Below are positions 12,691 through 54,091 of a stretch of 64,000 bases of DNA, piece by piece. The position numbers were made by a program, and so were the translations under genes. The notes below the pieces were generated by a model. It ran no database searches. It was not told the origin of the DNA and saw only the letters and a list, made by a program, of their open reading frames with translations. Source of the DNA: Amoebidium appalachense (Eukaryota > Protista > Ichthyosporea); the NCBI GenBank assembly GCA_963693365.1, contig CAVNZM010000002.1, forward strand, positions 2,310,259 to 2,374,258, read 5' to 3'. How positions within the stretch are numbered: position 1 is the first letter of the stretch; every line of letters begins with the position of its first letter.

Positions 12691-12972
12691 TGTAACTCCT
12701 AGGACCAGATATGAATTGGAGCTGTCCTAAGAACTTGGAGTCATAAGTCAATTTCAAAGTTGGAAGGGACAACATCTTGTCGGACTCTTGTTATGGTATC
12801 AATCCTCGGACTGACTGTGACTCTGCCAGCATCCGGTCTTTATATAGCTTCACCAGGAGACGGTGTGTGTTGTTCATTGGTCTAACCGTTTTATCCAGCA
12901 GGGCTTGACCAATCGTCGGGCGGAGCACATTTCACTGAGTGAAATCTCTCCGTCCACGGTACACGTGTGACG
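12691..12972 (-). promoter_or_regulatory. LTR-like segment with a minus-strand promoter facing the hairpin array
   Basis: Minus-strand TATATAAA at 12846-12839 and CCAAT at 12880-12876, plus a second CCAAT at 12909 (+). The ends TGTAAC...GTGACG resemble LTR termini. No partner LTR or TSD found. Confidence 0.4.
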
Positions 12973-13165
12973 GTGTGCACACCTACACAATGTCGTGTTT
13001 CAGGCACCGACTATTTATGTGCATGTGCGTGCCTCGTGCCTGTGTGCGTGTGTGCACGCATGTGTGTGGGTGGTTGGGTGTGTGTGTGTGTGTGGGACGT
13101 GTGTGTGTGACGGTCACTGTGTGTGCGTGTGTGCATGTATGTGCACTGCAGCACACGTGTGTCAC

Positions 13166-13216
<51 letters not shown>

Positions 13217-13688
13217 ACGGTGTGTCGGTGAGACAGCTCGGAGCCTGATAGAGAGAGAGAGTGTGTGTGTGGCAGTAGCTCGAGCCATTTTGTCGATTTG
13301 GCCCAGGTTTTGGCCTGTGTCTGCCTGGATCCAGAGGATAATGAGGTATCCCCATAGCAGACACCAACACATGTGGTTCTCGAGGTCAGTAATGCTTTGG
13401 GAGTTACAATTATGCTTTATTGCAAGCGTGCCTACATTCAGTGCATCTTGGATACACGACCCGGGCCACCCAAATTGCCGGGATGGAAAAAAAAATGAAA
13501 GCGATAGATAGCCTTACGTTTAGTAATACCCTGGTTCATACGATTATAAACTCTTTACCTTTGTGTTCCCCGGCAAAAATACAAACAAACGTAGCACAGA
13601 ACGACTACTGAATCTACCTAACCGAGTCCGAGTCCATCTATACTCCGAAGCCGCTTTTTATGCATATCACTTTTTAAATACATACGGT

Positions 13689-13730
<42 letters not shown>

Positions 13731-14040
13731 CCCCAATGAATAGATAAATATATGGTGTTGAAGCAAATAGATAAAGAAGATAAAAATTAAATTACCAAAC
13801 GCTTGACAATGTGCATTCGAAACGGTGCCCCTACTCTATCATAATGTACCCCCCTTTTCCTTTGTCCTACATGCCGTTAACGTTGTTACAGATTACCCGA
13901 TAATAAAACTTACCCAAGCACACGTGAAGGCAATTGTAAATCTTTCTATAAATCGATCAAATACATCATGTATTACGTCCATCCCACGCGAACATATTCC
14001 AGATTTCTTGCACATGACACGGTAAAATAAAATGCTCGCA

Positions 14041-23326
<9,286 letters not shown>

Positions 23327-24923
23327 GTTGTCGTTAGCAGCCCGCCTGCCAGTCTAGTTTACAGCTCACAACAGGTGACTGATTTTGAAAGCTACAAGAT
23401 CATGATTTTATAACGTGTGCAAGGTGACAGCCCAATAAATCGTAGGGCGAAGAAAATGGTACAGGGCCACATAAAACAACAACGAAAAAACAAAACGACA
23501 AAAAGATGCGTAACTATAAACTAGTGAAAGTACAACTTCGCCATTCTGCGCAACTAAACTTGATGTTACATAGTTAGCCTAGTTGATTGACACCGAAGTG
23601 GATGAACATGGACCCGTTTACTAGCCAAGCTACACACGTGTGAATACGAAACCTGCTTCAGTCAACTGCTGCTGAAAGTCTGTGCAACTTGTGTTCTCCC
23701 TAGATTAGTGTATGCGCAAACCGAGCCAACCGATCTATGGAGATGGTATGGCTATAAATAGGACATACACCATAGCAATATTCTATTTATAACTCCGATA
23801 GGTTGCATACGGGTTCGCCAAGGCCGGTGGAATGGCATTCGGTCGGTTGTGCTGATTCGTACAGCCATAATGATGCACTAATATTTTGCGATGACACAAT
23901 ACGTTGCAACTGCTTATCTTCTAATATGTGAGGGAAAGAGAAAGCAAAATGCGAAAAGGGATGCTACGCTTGAAAGTGGTTTCTTCGTCATCGTGCTTGG
24001 CCCAGTTCAGAAGTGTTGGTGCGTTTTTAGCCAATGGAGTTCACGAACGATAAAACCGCACAGTTGTTCGATTGGCTCAAAATTGTCAATAAGCCTCTAT
24101 ATGGTTATTTTTGAAGAGGGCAAAAGCAGTATATGAACGCTGACGCCGGTGCGGCAATGTACATCTATTCAGACCCCACATACTCTTTAGAACTATAAAA
24201 TTGTTTAGCAATTTTGCGCTTTTATTTACTAACTAGTATGAAATTATTAATAGCTAGTTAAGGGGGAAATTCATCAATCTTTGATCCTTTGAATTCTCGA
24301 TACCTTGTGTGGTCGCCGAAAACCCATTGCGTTATAATTTGCACTTTCTCCTCGGGTGGCTCACAGCCTATTCGATGTGGTTGCCATCTCGTGTAGATGG
24401 CTTTGTAATTCGAACACCTCGAGCTTCGGTGTGTGCGAGCTTCCACACAGTAGAGAGCAAAAAGAGAAAGTCTAGGGATGGTAATGGTCACACGAGAGAG
24501 TATTAGCAGAGACTAAGCTATTAGTGATGTGTAGTTCCCAATTATCATAGCATGGTGACCAGTTCCACACGCATACACAACCGAAAACAATTTTGTGGTA
24601 GTCTCCAGTAGAACACGCACACGGACACATTTCCCGAGGAAAAAGACCTGGTAGGCATCAAAAACCTTTTTTGGAGGTGATTGTAGACGCTATAGGAACA
24701 TTTCATCTTTTCACAACGCTTACTCGTGACACAGCCATTCATGCATAAAGCGGACAAAACTCGTCAACTCTCGATCCCAACTCAAGTAGGCTGCAAGTTT
24801 CTACATGCCGCACAGTCCCTGCACAGCTTAGCTTGCCCTGTTTCAACCAAAGCAATTCTCAATTCAGTTATTTTCAAATGAACAGGAAAGGTTTAAGTTA
24901 GAATACAACGCGCAAAGCCAGCC

Positions 24924-33960
<9,037 letters not shown>

Positions 33961-34145
33961 TGTGTGTGTGTGTGCGGTGTGTTGTGTTGTGTGTGTGTGT
34001 ACGTGTTGTGTGTGTGTGTGTGTGTGTGTGTGCGTGCGTGTGCGCGTGGTTGTTTGAATGGGGTTTCAACTGTCTTTCTTTAACTGTCTTTCGCTCGCTC
34101 TCTCTCTCTCTCTCTTTTTTTTTTTTTTGAGGGGGGGGGGGGGGG

Positions 34146-34291
34146 TTTGAATGCGGAACACGGTACGAAGTACGCATACACGAAGGACACATGCGAAGGC
34201 AATCATTCAAGTATGCAACATAGCCATGCGCACAGTATGCGTCATAAGCAGAGCCCATCCTCAGGGAGGGCCCAAGTCGTCAATAGCGTCT
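34146..34291 (-). mobile_element. Dispersed repeat copy B (second subfamily), G runs on both sides
   Basis: Shares the TTTGAATGCG end and ATAAGCAGAGCCCATCCTCAGGG with copies A/C; the middle matches 42656-42749. Confidence 0.7.
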
Positions 34292-35056
34292 GGGGGGGGT
34301 CGGGGGGGGGGGGGGGGGGGGGGGGTTCGGATGCACGTATGGTCGTTTTCCATCCCGAACATGATTTACACGATCGATCCCATATCACTAGAAAGACGTG
34401 TGTGCATGGTTTTTTACGCTTTCCATAAATACGAATGTACAACTACAAATACGGACCCTACAAACAGTTTCGAAGATATTTGCATACGGCAGAAACACAG
34501 GCAAATAGCAAACTGTCATACATACCGAGCTACACAAAGGAACTACTCACTAAGATCAACGCAAAACCGCAAAAAACGAAGCGAGTAAACGAGAAAATAG
34601 ACCTTGAACACACTATTTGCATTGGTTATGAGTCTCTTACATAGAATTAACCATACGGTATTGACTAAATATCCAAGATAAGGTTATAATCCGAGCAAGG
34701 TTCCAAACTACAACACAAAGAATAAATCTGGACGGCTGGCCCGTCCAACCGACAGCCAGTTCAGAGTCCGTGCTGTCCATACATGCCACTTGTCCCCCCC
34801 CCCCCAAAAAAAAAAATAAAAAAAAAATCGGGGTGCATGTGGGGGGCGCGCGCATCGCGGACACACACACACACACATTCTCATACTCGCGTGAAAAAGC
34901 ACAGAGAAAACACTGCCATAATGTGAAGCTGCAGGCAGGAGGTAACAAAAAGAAGCTGGATGGGTGGGTCGCTGGGTGGGTGGTAGTGGTGGTGGTGGGG
35001 GTAGGAGGGGGATGTGACGCGCGACCCATACATTCTATTACTGTCCTGTAATCAAC

Positions 35057-46273
<11,217 letters not shown>

Positions 46274-46655
46274 TTTCACGCTCTTCTATTTTCATGTCCT
46301 TGCTCTCGCGCAAGGATTATCACACGCGAAATGATATATTCTGGATCTTGAGTTTCAACAGGATATGTGAGGCTGGGTGTCTGTACAGACTCTAACGACC
46401 CCGGGGATCGAGTAGCCTGTGGGCATAAAAAAAAAGAGGAGCCTGTGGGCATAAAAAAAAAAGAGGATCTGAAATTGTATTGGTTGTGCGTTGTTTTGTG
46501 GGAGTGCTGTGCTGTTTCCAGAACTGACGACCACAGCCTTAATTGTATGATGCTAAATAACGCGTACACTGAGTTGCCAAGAGAGTCTCGGGGACGCGGG
46601 GGCCTCTGCTGGGAGAGACTCTGGCGGCGGCCATGGGGGGAGGGAGGAGGGATTC

Positions 46656-46702
46656 GGCGGGAAAGTCTACAGTCAGATGATTGGTGGAATGTTCGCGCCA
46701 AA
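46656..46702 (-). promoter_or_regulatory. Two canonical E2F sites upstream of CDC7
   Basis: Minus-strand TTTCCCGCC (46664-46656) and TTTGGCGCGAA (46702-46692), about 390-430 bp upstream of the ATG. Confidence 0.55.
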
Positions 46703-46787
46703 GTTTTCGCAGAACACGAAAGAACTACCATATATATAAAGTCCTTTTGCGCAAACAACTTCAAAACGTTGCAGAACCCTCCCCGCG

Positions 46788-46822
<35 letters not shown>

Positions 46823-47986
46823 CGCCTCCATTATGTGCTTGTATGTATGTGTATTCTCAACACTGTAACCACATTCTTACCCCTCACCACTGCTTCCCGC
46901 GGGTTATCTCTGTCGAACATAATCAGTGCTATGTTTGCACATTATGTTCGAATGCATCATCTGCCTGCACGACTGCTTTGATTTTCGTCATTTTTTTTTT
47001 TAATCTTTGTGCGTTTTTACAATGTCTTTGTTTCCACGGTTGCTCATAGTGGACTGCGCTGGATTTTTTTTCTTTTTGTGGTCAGTCAGTAGGCAAGCTT
47101 GGAGGGAGTTGTCAGGAGTGTGTAAACTTTATGGTCTTAGGACCGTGCCTAGGCTCGCTTCCTTCGTGACTCCCCATCCGATTTCATTTGTGTTTGAGCT
47201 GCCACGCGCCACGTGATGCCTTGCTTGTTTGTAACGTGCTGTCTGTCGTTCAAATCCGTGTTGCTACCCAGACGCTGATGCAAGGGGGGGGACCCAATTT
47301 TTGTTTGTTACGGTGCTTGATTTCTAACACATGGGATGTTCAACAGTTACCTGTTGGCCGAACGTAGCTTCGACAAAAGTACGTGGATGCTTGCAGCAAG
47401 CCCCATGCAAACACACAACATTTACATGCGTACGCCGTGTGCCTGTGAATCTCGGGGCCTAATTTGTTTGAGTGGGGCAAGAACAAGTGTGGAAGTTCAA
47501 TGCTCGAGGCAGGCCAGGGGGAGAGTCCACGTCAGGGAGCGTGTGGAAAAGAAAACAAACAAACAAATAAAAAACGGCAGAACGATGGTGGTTGGTTTAT
47601 CTTATTTCCTTTACTTGGCATCTTGACCCAAGGCTCATTCTGAGCCGTTTATTAGAAATAAGCTTCAAATATTATCGAACGTCACCAGAATAGGAAAATT
47701 GAAACTGGTTTCACCTTTCTAGTTCGAGCAGAGTAAAGACACTAAACAACGGCAAGGACCTACTGGAAGGCTAAACTTCCTCACACTTTCAAAGGTATTT
47801 ATGTTGCATGTACACAATAGATCTAGAGTACCATTGTACTCTATTTACTTTTATACTTTAGAGAGCGAGAGAGAAAGAGAGCGTGTATGCGTGCGGGCGA
47901 CAGCCATGGGGCGTGCGTGTGTGTGTGTACGCGCGCACGTGTGTGTGTGTGTGCAGTGAGTGAGTGAGAGCAGGAGCAAGAGAGGC

Positions 47987-49045
47987 TTATTCTGTAACAG
48001 ACAAGCCAGAGGCTTCCAGAAAAGCCAAACAATCATTCACAAACGTTTCCATAAACCTTTCATCGTGTGTGAAGAAGTGATCCCCATCCTCATATGCCAC
48101 CAACTTGCCTCCTGCGCTATTTCTCAGCCATTCCATCTCCGAGTCATGGTGATCCTTGTGGCCGTTGACAAACAAGACCGGCCCCATGAATTTTGGTAGC
48201 GTCTCCCGCGGGTTACTTTGCTTCAATGTGGCAATCTGTCCCGCCGCCGAGTGGAAAAACACCCCCGGGCGTAAATTTGTTTCAAGGAGCGCCTGGTCGG
48301 AGATGTGACCGTTGGCGCGCCCAGCTGCAACTAGTTGTTGCATTAGTGTGCTACTGCCCATGGAACCACCTACCGCACCAAGTGCAAAAAGTCCCATCCT
48401 TGCCATCAAACCTGCACCCACACCCACATTCTGCCCTGCTGCCGCGATAACTGCAGCCGAGAACATCTCCGGGTGCCTGCCAAGAATCTCCATTCCCAAG
48501 TACCCTCCCAAGGAGCCTCCGAAGTAGATGGGTTTTATCTCCCTGTCCACCCCGTCGGACTTTTGCACAAACGAAGGTGCGTGCTCCTTTGTTACATTGA
48601 TTATCGCTTCAATTGCTGTTTCGAGAGTCAGTTCAACATCCATGCAGGCCCCGTGCCCCGGTAAGTCAAGCGCAACACATCTGTATCCCTTCTCGACGAA
48701 TAAGCGCATGTGTGGTAAAAACATTGTGCGGCAACCACCACCTCCGTGTACAAAAACGATGGCGGGTGCATGGCCTGCAGCCGGGCCCATGACTTCCACC
48801 GGCGAGGAGAAATCAATGCTTGAGTGGCGCTTGAAACACTCCTTGCAGAACGAGGTGGGCGTCCATTTTGAGGAATCGCTGTTTGCACTTGCGACCGTTT
48901 TTTCAGTCACAACAGCGTAGTCTATGCAGGTGGAGCAAAAGGTGTTGGCGCAGCCACCGTCCGTTTCTGGGCATGTGTAGCGCCAGGTGACGAGGTTGAA
49001 CGGCCTGCTGCAGCCGGCGCATGTGGTGGCTGTTGGAGAGGTCAT
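47987..49045 (-). CDS. Intronless FYVE-like zinc finger fused to an alpha/beta hydrolase (352 aa)
   Basis: N-terminal CAGC..F..WRYTC..C..FCSTC..FCKEC (8 Cys). The hydrolase part has FVHGGG, DLPGHG, nucleophile GGSLGG, NGHKD and GDHF. Confidence 0.88.
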   Translation of the reverse strand: MTSPTATTCAGCSRPFNLVTWRYTCPETDGGCANTFCSTCIDYAVVTEKTVASANSDSSKWTPTSFCKECFKRHSSIDFSSPVEVMGPAAGHAPAIVFVHGGGGCRTMFLPHMRLFVEKGYRCVALDLPGHGACMDVELTLETAIEAIINVTKEHAPSFVQKSDGVDREIKPIYFGGSLGGYLGMEILGRHPEMFSAAVIAAAGQNVGVGAGLMARMGLFALGAVGGSMGSSTLMQQLVAAGRANGHISDQALLETNLRPGVFFHSAAGQIATLKQSNPRETLPKFMGPVLFVNGHKDHHDSEMEWLRNSAGGKLVAYEDGDHFFTHDERFMETFVNDCLAFLEASGLSVTE

Positions 49046-49418
49046 TTATGCTGGAGCAGAGAAAATCCGTTTGTGTTGAAGTATTTTCTGCGAAGCTAAA
49101 ATCACATACCACGGCAGAAGTACACACAGCTGCTGTTGAGTGTAGGCATGACTACCAGAGGAGGTTCGGATTGGGTAGTGCAGACCTGAGATAAACTAAC
49201 TGTAAAACCAGAACATTCTGGCCTGTATTGATAAGAATGTAAGAGAATTACAATGTGTGGATATTCTTCTGTGCGGAAAACCTATTGTACGTGATCATGG
49301 AGCACCGTCACTGGGCCTTCACGGCCGTACAAGGAAGCATGTAGTCAGGACATACAGGCAGAACATGAAGAGCGCTGTATCATTTTGCTGGACTTTGCAA
49401 AGGTTTCAGTCTTAGATA

Positions 49419-50366
49419 ATGGGTTCGTGCACGTCGAAGATGGATGTGTTCGGGTGCTGCTTGCACACTCTACCAAGCCCTGAACCCACGCCAGAACAAG
49501 AAACAGAGCCACTGCTAAGACCACCAGTGGGCATTCACGCAGAGAGATATGAGCACATAATAAAAGAGCCAGAAGCACAAGGAAGGAAACATAGTCCGAA
49601 AAAGAAGCACGAAACACTAGCACAATCAAGTGATCAAGCAGCTGGCCAGAACAGGGTGAGTTCCTTTGGGAAAGAAACGAACGAACGGAAAACATCGAAC
49701 AATAGAGAGGAAATTGAGAGAACGAAACAAGAGAAGAATACTCTGGTACGTCTGTTTGTTGCTGTTGAGCTCACGGAACAGTTTAAGCAAGCAGCACAAG
49801 AATCCATGTCAGATCTTCAAGCAGACCCCCAAATCATTGCAGCTGGGCGAGCGTTGCGCTGGGTTAGGTCAGAGGGACTTCATGTTACGTTGAAGTTTCT
49901 TGGAGAGGTGGAGGCGGAGAGAGTAGAGGGTATATCGGATGCGCTGAGGGAAGCGATCGAAAACTGCGGCCAAGTGCGCTTCCTGCTAAGGGGGCTAGGT
50001 AAGGTTGCTGAGATGGATCTGCCAGTGCATGTTTTTTTGTTTTGTGACTCATACAGCTCAACAATAGGAAAACGTAGCGAAACACGTACATCATTTGCGT
50101 GGTGGACCATAGGGCCTGGCAACATGTGGGAAGAGTGGAGGTGGCGGGGGCGGGGCCTGGGACCGGGGAGGGGGCGGAGGCGGGGGGTGGGGGGGGGGGG
50201 GAGGGGGGGGGAGGGGGGGGGAGGGGGGGGGGAGGGGGGGAGGGGGCGGGGTACGGGGCTACATCGGAGAGATGGAAGGAAGTAAGGCAGCTGTTGTAGG
50301 TTGTGTGTTTGTTTTTCTGGGTTAGAGAGGGGGTGGAGGGGGAGGTGGTGGTGGTGGGGGGGAGGG

Positions 50367-50403
<37 letters not shown>

Positions 50404-51004
50404 GGGTCCATTTTTCAATGGTTGTGTGTCTTAAGAGAAGGCAACGAGCTGGTTATGTGTGTGGTGTGTGGTGTGTGTTTCACCCTTTGGGGGAGGGGGG
50501 GGGGGGGGGGGGGGGGGACCAGGACAAGGAAGTGGAAAGGTCAACTGTAAGAGAACACAATTATTAATTCTTACTTATTTTTCCCTACCAAAACAGTCAG
50601 TTATATGCCCACTTCGCTCGCTTCCCCCGATTCTCCCCAGCCCCTTCTCCGTCCCCCCTCCCCCCCCCCCCCCCCCCCCCTCCCCCCCCCCCCTCCCCCC
50701 CCCCCCCCCCCCCCCCCCGGGGACAGCTGAAAGAGATTCCCTTTTGAATCCCCTCTTCCTTCAATAGTCCCCCCCCCCCCCCCCCCCCCCTCCCCCTATT
50801 TTTGCTCCCCTTTTTGTTGGCTGACCCTTTCCAAACCGTAGGTATGGGGTTGTTTCCGGAGGCGAAAAAGGGCCAACAGCCCATTCCCCGAGTTTTGTGG
50901 GTGGGGTTGGGGCCCGAGTGCCAAAAACCACTGGAGCGACTCCACTCTGCGGTTGATCTTGCTCTGATGGGCCAGGTGTGTGCGTGCGTGCGTGCGTGCG
51001 TGTG

Positions 51005-51045
<41 letters not shown>

Positions 51046-52059
51046 GTGCGCGCACATGTGCATGTTTGGGTGCATGTGTGCGTATGTTTGTGTGTGCGCT
51101 GGCGGCGGGCGGGGGGGAGGGGAGGGGGGTCGGTGTCGGTGGGTGGGTGGCTGGATGGGTGTGAGCGTGGTAGTGGGTGGTAGGGTGGGTGCGTGTTCTG
51201 CATTCCATCCCCCATGTTGTAGTTTCCTTTTCGTGATGATCGTTTTGCTTGCAGATACGTACCTGTGTTTCCACACATGCATTAGTAAGTGTACTGACTC
51301 ACTGTAAATCATGACACACTTCCACCCCAAGTTGTCTCCCACCTTTATACTTATTGACCTCGTCACCAACAGGGATTTCAGCCGGCAAAAGGATCATTCA
51401 ACTCTCACATCACCCTTGCACGGATAGACGCTGGTAAAAGACACAATTCGAAAAACCGAAAACCAAAACGGAAGATAGACCTGACCAGTGGGGAGGAACA
51501 AGCAAGCAGCACCACAGAAACACAAACAGGAACCACAAGTATGGAACTGGACGAATCGACCGTAGAAATTTCGGAAAAGGTACCGCCGGAGAACGGGCAG
51601 AAGAAATGGAAGGAAGAAGGCGGAAAACAAACTGCATTTAAAGATTTGTGGCGAGTGGTGGAGAGGATCCAATCATATTCGGTGAAAGATGAAGATGTGC
51701 TCCCAGCAGATCCCAACAGCCAGGGCATGCAGTCGACTGATGAAGTGCAGAGAGAGATCAAACCGGACCCATCCGGAGTTATGTTGTCGGAAAATGATGC
51801 AAGCATGACGATAAAAGGTGGAAACATTGGCTTGAAGAGTAACCAAAACATTAGTGGTGATATGGTATTATGTGACGAGGATACAAAACAAGAATGCGAG
51901 ACAGAGGCCAAGGAGAGGTGGCAGGGGAGGTGGGAACGAATGGCCATGTGTGTTACGAAGATTAGTCTGATGCGGAGTGAGTTGGGTAGGGGTGGTGCGA
52001 GATATACTGCGTTGGATACGTTTGAGCTTCCAACATCGTGCCTGTCTGTGCTGGATTAG
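49419..52059 (+). CDS. 2H phosphoesterase (LigT/ThpR-like RNA 2',3'-cyclic phosphodiesterase), 3 exons
   Basis: Exons 49419-49998, 50842-50975, 51373-52059 join in frame. Motifs RLFVAVEL, RWV..GLHVTLKFLGEV, PRVLWVGL, FNSHITLARI, SLMRSELGRGGARYTAL; both HxT motifs are intact. Confidence 0.88.
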
Positions 52060-52211
52060 ATGGCATCATGTAAATAGCAGGATGGCACACACATCCGCTT
52101 TTCCCCCCTTCTCCCCCCCTCCCCCCCCCCCCCCACCCCCCACTCCACCCCACCCCCACCCCCAGCCCCATCCCCCCCCCAGACACGCACATCCATTTTC
52201 CATTTTTTCCC

Positions 52212-52268
<57 letters not shown>

Positions 52269-52644
52269 CCCGCCCCACCACCACCACCACCACCACCACC
52301 ACCACCACCGCCACCCACTCACTCCTACCCACCCATCCACCCACACACACACACACACGAACCAAAAAAAAAAAAAAAAAAAAAAAAAGAAAAAGGCACC
52401 AAGGGAGAGGTTCTTCCGGCCAGACAATTGCACGTGCTGCGGGGTATCAGCATTAATGGAGGTTGACTATGAGAACTTATTATCATCACATACTAAGATG
52501 CTCCCTCACTATCCCCCTGTGTATGAGTGCGTGGGTGGTTTTTTTTTTTTTTTTTTTTTTTTTTTTGTTGTTGTTGTTGTTGTTGCTGTTTGGGGGCCCG
52601 GGGGTGGGGGGGGGGGGGGGGGGGGGGGGGGGGGAGGGGGGAAG

Positions 52645-52682
<38 letters not shown>

Positions 52683-52821
52683 CGAAGACTGTTTTAGTGC
52701 TGTACTATTAAGCAGACCTTCCAGTCCGGGGTGTACCGCTTCACATATTAGCGGAAACTAATGATATTTTAAAAAATATTCATATAAGTTAGCCATGTAC
52801 ATACGAATGAACTATATTTAA

Positions 52822-53851
52822 GGGCCTGTTTGGTAGCGCGCTAAATACGGTTTTTTATCGTATTCGTATTTAGGGCCTAAATATGTATACGATCCCGTAG
52901 CATGCCAAACACGCCAAATTTATATAAATAAGCTTTTATTTTTTGTAAATACAATAGGGATCGCTTTTATATCGTATTTACGAAAATCACCTCCGGAGGT
53001 GATTTTCGTATGTAGGAAATTATCCAATCAAAGCATTTCGCATCATTTATTGGCTATCAGCTAGCCCATGGTACAGCGTAAGCCGCGGCGGGCACATTTT
53101 TACTACAGTACGCATCATGCCGGCGCATGCACGTGAACAATTCAATGTTAAAAAGAAGGTCGGTGTCATACACGTCATTTTGTGTACATGCTCAGTTAAA
53201 ATTTGCACATGAATTTGGGCTGCACAGGTAAGACAGAGAACGAGGAACCCTACACGGTGCATGATAACAAGCTCAGACTGTATATATATGCCATAATAAT
53301 CATTGAAACAATACTGGACTCCGATATATGCATTAATAAAAACAATCAAATGTACATGTACAAACTCGGTGACATGCAGGCACAACGAGTACTGCATAAG
53401 GACAAATTTTAACATTCATTATGTGTTCAGATATGTGGGGAATGCCAGGGACAAACGTTGGTGACGTAAAACGAGGTCTCTAGCAAGGCTAGCCACCGCA
53501 ATAACTGACAGTATCCCTTCAATAACAGACATTCTAACCTATTGTTAAACAGAGCAAGACTCACCGTCGATTACTCGTTTTTGCCGTTCGCTGTAATACT
53601 GACTACAGCTGCACCAGTCTATATATGCATGGAATACTGAAGGATGATCAATGGGTGCGAATAGGGCCAATCAGATCTCGTGAACCATGTATCGACATTT
53701 TGTGTGACCAGTCACGCCTGACAGCGTTTGGAAGGCACAAACCGTATTTAGGCCCTAAATACGCATACCACGATAAATTTTGTAAATACGGTAGATCGTA
53801 TTTAGGGCCTAAATACAAATACGATTATTGGGGTGCTGCCAAACAGGCCCC
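52822..53851. mobile_element. Non-autonomous PIF/Harbinger (Tourist-like) MITE, ~1.03 kb
   Basis: TIRs GGGCCTGTTTGG(T/C)AGC ... GCTGCCAAACAGGCCC(C), with TAA on both flanks (52819-52821, 53852-53854). Subterminal palindromic repeats CGTATTTAGG..CCTAAATA; no transposase ORF. Confidence 0.85.
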
Positions 53852-54091
53852 TAATGAAGCACTACGTTTGCATGTGTCGTGTACATGCTGCCTGACCTCT
53901 CCTGCTCATACAAGTCCCCCCCCCTCCCCCCCCCCCCCCCCCCCCCCCCGGGGCCCTCTCTCCCCCGCCCCTTAGGAAAAAAAAAAGAAATTAAATAACT
54001 TGAGGCCATCCCCCCCCCCCCCCCCCCCCACCCACACACACACACACAGACGGCCTCCCCCCCCCCTCCCCCCCCCCCCCCCCCCTCCCCC

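Noticed and set aside
12794-12801. TGGTATCA as a tRNA-iMet PBS
   Set aside because: Not followed by GAGC and not preceded by an LTR CA end.
46414-46467. 26-bp tandem duplication AGCCTGTGGGCATAAAAAAAAAGAGG upstream of CDC7
   Set aside because: A simple local slippage duplication with no further structure.
52697-52761. Extra exon of the 2H phosphoesterase
   Set aside because: The domain is complete and stops at 52059.
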